From a virus (Duplodnaviria > Caudoviricetes): 64,000 bases of DNA. Below the pieces are notes generated by a model, which was not told the DNA's origin, made no database searches, and saw only the letters and a program-made list of their open reading frames with translations. This document shows positions 63,277-64,000 of the stretch, one piece after another; the first letter of the stretch is position 1, and every line of letters begins with the position of its first letter. The position numbers and the translations under genes are program-made. The DNA lies in the IMG/VR virus record IMGVR_UViG_2786546475_000015, positions 1-64,000 of that record; one strand, given 5' to 3'.

Positions 63277-63921
63277 ATGCGTAGAGAAAAACGTTTTAAA
63301 CCAGTATTAAGAATTGATAAAAAACTAAAACATCGCATTAAGCGTAAAAAATCACGCGATAAACGTGATATTGAATTCGATTTACCAGATTGGTATGTGG
63401 CTTTACTTTATCGTTGTACTCATTGTTTTTATACTGGCGAAAAATTCGAAAAGAAAGGTGATAATCGCATGTCACTAGAACGAGTTGATAACGATAAAGG
63501 TTATATCGTCGGTAATGTTATCCCTGTTTGTACTCGCGTTAATCTACTAAAAAATGATTTAGATGATAGAGGGTTGGTTGATGCTATCGAAGATCGAGAA
63601 GAAAAAATTGATGAATATAAACGTCAATCCGATTCATTGATTAAGCTTATTAACAAAACCAACGATAGAATGTCTGATTATCTTTATGATTGGGATTGTA
63701 AACAACTCAATAAAGTGAATATCAATAATTTAAATCAATGGCATAAAAACCTTAATCATTATATTGATAAAATCGTTATTCTACAAAAAGACATAGAATT
63801 ATTGGAAATGGCGTTGACAGCGGAATCGTATTACCGTAAAATGTCAAAAAATGCAGTTATGTTATGCTTAATGTATCAACAAGAATTTAATCCTAAAGAA
63901 AGATTCGGAGTAAGTATTTAA
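63277..63921 (+). CDS. srd: Srd-like protein
   Basis: CFYTGEKF, SLERVDNDKGYIVGNVI match T4 Srd CAYSGEPF/SLERFDNNVGYIKGNVI; coiled-coil tail. Confidence 0.8.
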   Translation: MRREKRFKPVLRIDKKLKHRIKRKKSRDKRDIEFDLPDWYVALLYRCTHCFYTGEKFEKKGDNRMSLERVDNDKGYIVGNVIPVCTRVNLLKNDLDDRGLVDAIEDREEKIDEYKRQSDSLIKLINKTNDRMSDYLYDWDCKQLNKVNINNLNQWHKNLNHYIDKIVILQKDIELLEMALTAESYYRKMSKNAVMLCLMYQQEFNPKERFGVSI

Positions 63922-64000
63922 TGAAAACAGTATATCCAGATGATAAGATTTTTCGTGGTCGTTCTACGGAATCTAAGTCTTTTGGTTTTACACCAAGTGG

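Overview
64 kb of an AT-rich, T4-like (Straboviridae/Tevenvirinae-type) phage genome, transcribed essentially entirely on the + strand. The host cannot be determined from the sequence. Order: (1) end of a tRNA cluster (10 tRNAs, a D-armless tRNA-like gene, putative structured ncRNAs, an HNH endonuclease, micro-ORFs); (2) gp67-like, RNase H-like, nrdC.11, nrdC; (3) the T4 replication/recombination module 55-47-46-45-44-62-regA-43-uvsX-40-41-61-dam-dexA, with no hydroxymethylase or glucosyltransferase at the T4 positions but with three DNA methyltransferases; (4) a ~29 kb hyperplastic region of small ORFs punctuated by repeated terminator-promoter (PeSL-like) cassettes, ending in srd. Most notable: two DNA MTases end in the same C-terminal LGI tail as gp43, and gp55 ends LDI, suggesting sliding-clamp-tethered methylation. 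The C5-MTase carries an intein at its catalytic Cys and a nested +1-frame beta subunit. Three proteins, including an ART-like and a ParB/Srx-like enzyme, carry capsid-targeting-like N-termini. There are several host-mimic fragments (EF-Tu G1 peptide, acyl carrier protein fusion, SEC-C, S4). All family calls come from motif recognition by eye; no database search was run.
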